From: Candidatus Electronema halotolerans
GTDB lineage: Bacteria; Desulfobacterota; Desulfobulbia; Desulfobulbales; Desulfobulbaceae
DNA length: 32,000 nt
Reading direction: 5' to 3'
Assembly: GCA_942493095.1 (NCBI GenBank)
Contig: OW818675.1
Location: forward strand, 2,700,001-2,732,000
Shown piece after piece: positions 27,425 to 32,000 of this stretch. Numbering within the stretch: position 1 is the stretch's first letter; each line of letters begins with the position of its first letter. The notes below the pieces were generated by a model. That model saw only the letters and a list, made by a program, of their open reading frames with translations. It was not told the origin of the DNA and did not search any database. Position numbers and translations under genes: made by a program.

Positions 27425-27635
27425 CTGAAGCGATGGTGTCCCGCTGCTGTCTCAAAAATGTGGTAATATTAACGAGTTCGTATTGCATCAACTTTTTTGA
27501 TTCACCAACAGAGGGGCATTTTACACTGCGGAAAAGTGATGGATGGCAAGCAGGAACAGCCTCATGATAGCTGTGGCCGTCTTTCACCCAGTCCCGGACA
27601 TCCTCCAGATCGATTCCCAGAAGAATGGCGCTCAT
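27405..27635 (-). pseudogene. Possible remnant of a polysaccharide deacetylase-like N-terminus
   Basis: Short ORF 'MSAILLGIDLEDVRDWVKDGHSYHEAVP...' resembling deacetylase N-termini, then unrelated sequence. Confidence 0.25.
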
Positions 27636-27638
27636 TGT

Positions 27639-28688
27639 TCACCCGCCAATCCGTGACATCCGCCCGTGGCAGCCACCTTCCTGCTGGCGGAGCCGCTCCT
27701 CCATGCGATGGCCCTGCGGCTTGCTGCGGACAGCGGCCAGCAGCGCGGCCCGGATATCCTCGTCCGTGCAGCCTTGCCGAAGCAGGGCGCGGAGATCAGT
27801 CTCCGCATCGTGCAGCAGACAGGCCCGGAGTCTGCCTTCTGAGGTCAGACGGAGACGGTTGCAGCGGTCGCAGAAATGGTGACTGAGAGGACTGATGAAA
27901 CCGAGCCTGCCTTTGGCATCCGCACCGAGTTGGAACATCCGGGCCGGGCCGTCGGTTTCGCTGCGTGGCACAGGAATCAGCTCGCCCAAGTTGTGCAGCC
28001 GCTCTTTGATTCGGTCGGAACAGAGATAGGTATCCGCATTCCAGCGCGAGGATGCGCCCATCGGCATGAACTCAATGAAGCGCACGTGCAAGTCGGTGTC
28101 GCGGGAAAGGCGGGCAAAGTCAGCCAGCTCATCGTCGTTCACGCCGCGCATGACCACCATGTTCAGCTTGACTGGGGCAAAACCGACAGCCCGCGCCTTT
28201 TCAATCCCGCGCCAGACTTGCGCAAAGCAATCCACGCCGGTGATTTTGGCGAAGCGTTCCGGCTTGAGGCTGTCCAAGCTGATGTTGATCTTGCTGATTC
28301 CAGCGGCCCGCAGCCCTTCGGCATATTTTTCCAGCAGCACCCCGTTGGTGGTGATGCGGATGTCGCGCAGGCCGTCAATGTTGCCAAGCTGACTGATGAA
28401 ACGCATCACGTCCCGCCGCACTAACGGCTCGCCGCCGGTCAGGCGCAGCTTGCTCATGCCCATGCCAGCCGCCGCCTGCACCACCCGGAGCAGCTCCTCA
28501 TACGTGAGCAGGTCGCTGTGCCGGAGCAGTTTGCCTTGCCGTCCTTCTGGAGCGCAGTAAAGGCAGTTCAGGTTGCAGCGGTCAGTGAGCGAGAGCCGCA
28601 GATAGGAGATGGTGCGGTCAAAAAGATCGGTGAGCAGACGCTTTTCCGAGGAAGGCGCGGTGCTGGAAACGCTTTTGCTTGCGGGCAT
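27639..28688 (-). CDS. moaA: GTP 3',8-cyclase (molybdenum cofactor biosynthesis radical SAM protein)
   Basis: 'YLRLSLTDRCNLNCLYCAPEG', 'LRLTGGEPLVRRD', 'FIEFMPMG', 'FCDRCNRLRLTSEGRLRACL'. Confidence 0.95.
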   Translation of the reverse strand: MPASKSVSSTAPSSEKRLLTDLFDRTISYLRLSLTDRCNLNCLYCAPEGRQGKLLRHSDLLTYEELLRVVQAAAGMGMSKLRLTGGEPLVRRDVMRFISQLGNIDGLRDIRITTNGVLLEKYAEGLRAAGISKINISLDSLKPERFAKITGVDCFAQVWRGIEKARAVGFAPVKLNMVVMRGVNDDELADFARLSRDTDLHVRFIEFMPMGASSRWNADTYLCSDRIKERLHNLGELIPVPRSETDGPARMFQLGADAKGRLGFISPLSHHFCDRCNRLRLTSEGRLRACLLHDAETDLRALLRQGCTDEDIRAALLAAVRSKPQGHRMEERLRQQEGGCHGRMSRIGG

Positions 28689-28749
28689 TGATGTGAGCCT
28701 GTATTTTCTCTATGGTCAGTAATAATTTTCACCAGAACGTGCAAATGCC

Positions 28750-29493
28750 ATGCAGCAGAATATATACGACGATCCAACCTTTTTTGCCAAGTATAAAGCC
28801 ATGCGGGAATCAGCGGCTGAACTGAATCAGGTGCTGGAGCAGCCTGCGGTCCGTTCCCTGCTGCCGGAACTGAACGGCAAAACCGTGCTTGATCTTGGCT
28901 GCGGCACAGGGATTTTGTCCAGGTACCTTGTCCGGCACGGCGCAAAGCAAGTGGTCGGTGTTGACATCAGCAAAAAAATGCTTGAGACTGCCCGTCAACA
29001 AACAAATGACCAACGCATTGTTTTTCTTGAATCGGCAATAGAAAATTTTGATTTTCTCTCCGAACAGTTTGATCTGGCAGTCAGCTCGTTAGCATTCCAT
29101 TACCTTGCTGATCTTGATGACATTTTCAGAAAGATCAATGCTTGTCTGAAAGAAGACGGCCTGCTGGTCTTTTCTATGGAGCATCCCATCATCACCTGCT
29201 CGCAAGGCATTCATCCAGGCTGGGAAACAGATGAAACCGGTCAGAAAAAATACTGGCAGGTGGATGCCTATTCCCAAGAAGGGATACGACAAAGTCACTG
29301 GCATGTTGACGGAGTGGTCAGATACCATAGAAAGCTGTCATCCATTCTTAACAGTCTTTTTGCCAACGGTTTTTGGATCAACAAGGTCTGGGAGCCTCAT
29401 GCGCTGGAGGAGGCGGAACAGGAGCGGCCCTGTCTGCTTGAAGAACGAAGAAGGCCGCCTTTTCTCGTGATCAAAGCCAGCAAGCGCAGTTAA
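28750..29493 (+). CDS. Class I SAM-dependent methyltransferase
   Basis: 'LNGKTVLDLGCGTGILSRYLVRHGAKQVVGVDISKKMLE'. Confidence 0.9.
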   Translation: MQQNIYDDPTFFAKYKAMRESAAELNQVLEQPAVRSLLPELNGKTVLDLGCGTGILSRYLVRHGAKQVVGVDISKKMLETARQQTNDQRIVFLESAIENFDFLSEQFDLAVSSLAFHYLADLDDIFRKINACLKEDGLLVFSMEHPIITCSQGIHPGWETDETGQKKYWQVDAYSQEGIRQSHWHVDGVVRYHRKLSSILNSLFANGFWINKVWEPHALEEAEQERPCLLEERRRPPFLVIKASKRS

Positions 29494-30467
29494 GGCTGCT
29501 GCGTCCGCAGGCAGTTTTCGACCTTGACTGGCCGCTGAATCTGTTTCTCGCCCAGCATGATGGCCTCGGTCTGCTGCCACGCAGCCTTGTCAATCGTGCC
29601 GATGTTGACCGAAGCGTCAGGCTGAACCAGCTCCCGCGTGACGGCAAGCTGCTTGCGCATGGTCTCTTTTTGACCGTCCCGCTTCAGCTTGCCGACAGCG
29701 GCCAGCACCGCCTCCTCGTTGGCCGGATTCATGGCAGCTTCCCAGCCTGCCAGCAGAGCGGCAGTGAATTTCTCCACAAGCTGCGGCTGTTCCTTCAGCA
29801 TTCGTTCTGAGGTGATGACGGAATTGGCAACAAAGTTGACCCCGAATTTGGCCGGATCAAAGAAGCGCACTTGCTCACCTGCTTGAGCCAGTCTGTCCTT
29901 GAGCAGCACCCCCTGCGTGTTGCGATAGACCGGCCAAATATCGACCTTACCGGTCAGGAAGGGCGTGAAATCAAAGCGCACACCGCTCAGGCGGACATCC
30001 TCCTTGCTCAGACCGGCCTTGGCCAGCAGGGTGTTCATCACAGTCTCGTCGTTGCCGCCAAAAGTCACGCCAATATTCCTGTCTTTCAGGTCAGCCAAGG
30101 TTTTGATTTCCGGCTGATCAGCTCGGTAAATCCACTGCATCGGGCTGATTTGAAATATCTGCGCCAGCACAACTAATTTCGCCCCTTTCTCCAAGGCGCG
30201 GACGACCTGATCCGCTGAAGCGCAGCCAAAATCAGCCCGGCCCAGCTCCAGTTCCCTGATTGCATTTTTCTCCGGGCTGCCTTCCTTGACGTTGACCTTC
30301 AAACCAGATTTGGCGAAAAAGCCGCCGCTGTCCGCATAGATGTCGCCAGCCGCGCCGATGTTGAACAGCCACTTGAGCCGATAATTCAGCTCTGTCTGTT
30401 CAGCCTGCGCAGCAATTGCGAAAAAGAGCAGAAGAATGGCCGCGATAATTGCGCTGATTCTGTTCAT
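29490..30467 (-). CDS. ABC transporter substrate-binding protein, NMT1/THI5-like (NitT/TauT type)
   Basis: Signal peptide; 'LNYRLKWLFNIGAAGDIYADSGGFFAKSGLKVNVKEGSPEKNAIRELELGRADFGCASADQVV'. Confidence 0.88.
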   Translation of the reverse strand: MNRISAIIAAILLLFFAIAAQAEQTELNYRLKWLFNIGAAGDIYADSGGFFAKSGLKVNVKEGSPEKNAIRELELGRADFGCASADQVVRALEKGAKLVVLAQIFQISPMQWIYRADQPEIKTLADLKDRNIGVTFGGNDETVMNTLLAKAGLSKEDVRLSGVRFDFTPFLTGKVDIWPVYRNTQGVLLKDRLAQAGEQVRFFDPAKFGVNFVANSVITSERMLKEQPQLVEKFTAALLAGWEAAMNPANEEAVLAAVGKLKRDGQKETMRKQLAVTRELVQPDASVNIGTIDKAAWQQTEAIMLGEKQIQRPVKVENCLRTQQP

Positions 30468-30482
30468 GAAATGCGTCTCCTT

Positions 30483-31232
30483 TTATGTGCCGGACCATAT
30501 CTGGGTGATCCGTGCGCCAATGGTTTCAAGCAGGCCCTGATAGACGGTAATGACAATGCCGATCAGAAACAGGGCTGTGAGTATTTTGGCCATGTCGCTT
30601 TGATACAGCGCAGTGCGGATGCTGTAGCCAATGCCCGCGTCCGCAGCAATGAACTCGGCGACAATGGTTCCAGCCAAGGCCAAGGATGCACTGCCGGAGA
30701 TCACGGTGCTCAGTTTGCTCAGGTTTTCAAAGGCCCGGATTTTCACCTCCAGCCGCCAGTTCATCTGCCCTGTGGCGTGATAGAAATGCTCGATGTCCTC
30801 GACTGGCGCGGTCATGATGCCGAGCACCGAGAGAAGCAGCGGGAAGTAGCAGATCATCGAGGCGATCAAGAGCCGGGACAGGAAGCCGTCGCCGAGAAGA
30901 ATGAAGATGATCGGAGCAAGGGCGACAATCGGGTAGGACTGGATGCTGTAGGCTGCGGCTCTGATCAGCGAGCCGAGCCAGGAGGATTTGCGCCCTGCGA
31001 TGCCCACGGCAAAGGCTAGGGCGATGGAGATGAACTGGCCGAGCACGGTCACGGCCAAGGTGCTGAACACAGCGGTCACGTATTCTTTCACCACTTGGCC
31101 TGCGGTGCTGAAGAGCAAGGCAATGTCCGGCAGAACATAGTTGGACAGGCCGAGAGCATACTTCAGGCCGAAGAGAAAGGTCAGGCCGAGGCAATAGATA
31201 AAGAAAAATTGGCCGAGTTTTCTAACAAGCAT
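30483..31232 (-). CDS. ABC transporter permease (NitT/TauT type)
   Basis: 249 aa hydrophobic protein; 'SAASLALAGTIVAEFIAADAGIGYSIRTALYQSD' EAA-type region. Confidence 0.88.
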   Translation of the reverse strand: MLVRKLGQFFFIYCLGLTFLFGLKYALGLSNYVLPDIALLFSTAGQVVKEYVTAVFSTLAVTVLGQFISIALAFAVGIAGRKSSWLGSLIRAAAYSIQSYPIVALAPIIFILLGDGFLSRLLIASMICYFPLLLSVLGIMTAPVEDIEHFYHATGQMNWRLEVKIRAFENLSKLSTVISGSASLALAGTIVAEFIAADAGIGYSIRTALYQSDMAKILTALFLIGIVITVYQGLLETIGARITQIWSGT

Positions 31233-31905
31233 TCATGATCTCCAACATGACGGCATCAAGTTTGCTTTTATCGAGGACATAATTCTGTCTGTAGTCTAAT
31301 CCGTGCAGCACCCGGTAGCTGGCAGCATCAAGCAGGACGACAACATCTTTGCAGAATTTGGCCACTTCAAGCAGGTTGTGAGATATGCAGAGAAACATCT
31401 TGTCCGGGAAAAGCTGCTTGATGTGCAGAATGATGCGCTCGCGCAGCTTTTCATCAACATTGGCAAGGCTTTCGTCCATGATCAGCAGATCGAAATCTTG
31501 CAGCAGATAGCGGAGGAGATTGATGCGGTTGCGCTGGCCCAAGGAAAGCTGGGAAAACTTGGCCTGCATAAGGTTGCGCAGGCCGAAAATTGCTGTCAAT
31601 TCCTGCCGCAGCTCTTCTTTGCCCGGCGGAGCTGCTTCGTCCAAATGCTGCTCAAGCGTTGCCCAGCCCGGCAGCCGCTCCAAGTTGTAGGAATAGAGAA
31701 TTGTGCTGATGCCTTCTGTCCTGATTTCACCTGCGGAAGGGGCAATGCTGCCCGCCAGAATGCGGGCCAAGGAGCTTTTGCCGACCCCAGAAGGCCCGAA
31801 GACCGCGTTGAAGCCCGGCTCATGCAGGGAAAAGCAGAGATTGTTCAGCACGTCAGCGCGGCTGTCCGGGTAGGTGAAGCGCAGCTCCTTGCATTCCAGC
31901 AGCAT
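31222..31905 (-). CDS. ABC transporter ATP-binding protein
   Basis: Walker A 'GPSGVGKSS', signature 'LSLGQRNRINLLRYLLQDFDLLIMDESLANVD'. Confidence 0.9.
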   Translation of the reverse strand: MLLECKELRFTYPDSRADVLNNLCFSLHEPGFNAVFGPSGVGKSSLARILAGSIAPSAGEIRTEGISTILYSYNLERLPGWATLEQHLDEAAPPGKEELRQELTAIFGLRNLMQAKFSQLSLGQRNRINLLRYLLQDFDLLIMDESLANVDEKLRERIILHIKQLFPDKMFLCISHNLLEVAKFCKDVVVLLDAASYRVLHGLDYRQNYVLDKSKLDAVMLEIMNAC

Positions 31906-32000
31906 GATGTTTCCTTGGCAAGAGTAACTGCAACAGGCAGTTCTTCATGGGGAGAAAGCAGGCCGAGCCTTCTTGAGGCAAGGCATATTTTCTGGACTTT

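Noticed and set aside
1-32000. DGR reverse transcriptase, Avd or template repeat inside the window
   Set aside because: No ORF carries RT motifs, and no AAC-rich near copy of the 11166-11288 segment was seen on either strand by eye. A DGR link therefore remains only a trans hypothesis.
1-32000. CRISPR array, tRNA or rRNA genes
   Set aside because: No regularly spaced direct repeats and no convincing tRNA or rRNA sequence were noticed by reading.

Overview
This 32 kb chromosomal window has moderately high GC and looks like a Desulfobulbales-type deltaproteobacterium. A filamentous or cable-bacterium relative is possible, but that placement is inference only. Most of the window is housekeeping or envelope genes: queA, a futalosine hydrolase, an MltD-like LysM transglycosylase, a large class A PBP, a Gmd-like dehydratase, panC, a YfgM-like TPR protein, gltX, a mono-heme cytochrome c, an exopolysaccharide locus, cbiG, an SdhB/FrdB-like Fe-S protein, two ABC transport systems and moaA. 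The most interesting locus is about 10.98-13.28 kb on the minus strand. There a small EACC1-like 'effector-associated constant component' protein (12587-12973) overlaps a protein (11163-12617) with an N-terminal caspase-like protease domain (YFSGHG...LDCCYSG) and a C-terminal DUF1566/C-type-lectin-like domain. That domain ends in a Tyr/Asn/Ser-rich, NNY-codon-rich segment followed by an RLVRGGQ tail, as expected of a variable region diversified in trans by a diversity-generating retroelement (DGR). I found no reverse transcriptase or template repeat in the window, so the DGR link is a hypothesis. Other items: a perfect 14-bp hairpin directly upstream of the EACC1-like gene, imperfect direct repeats downstream of the candidate variable region, a perfect 22-bp inverted repeat in an otherwise empty intergenic region at 22.5 kb, an AT-rich membrane protein gene in the polysaccharide locus, and two short possibly truncated ORFs.
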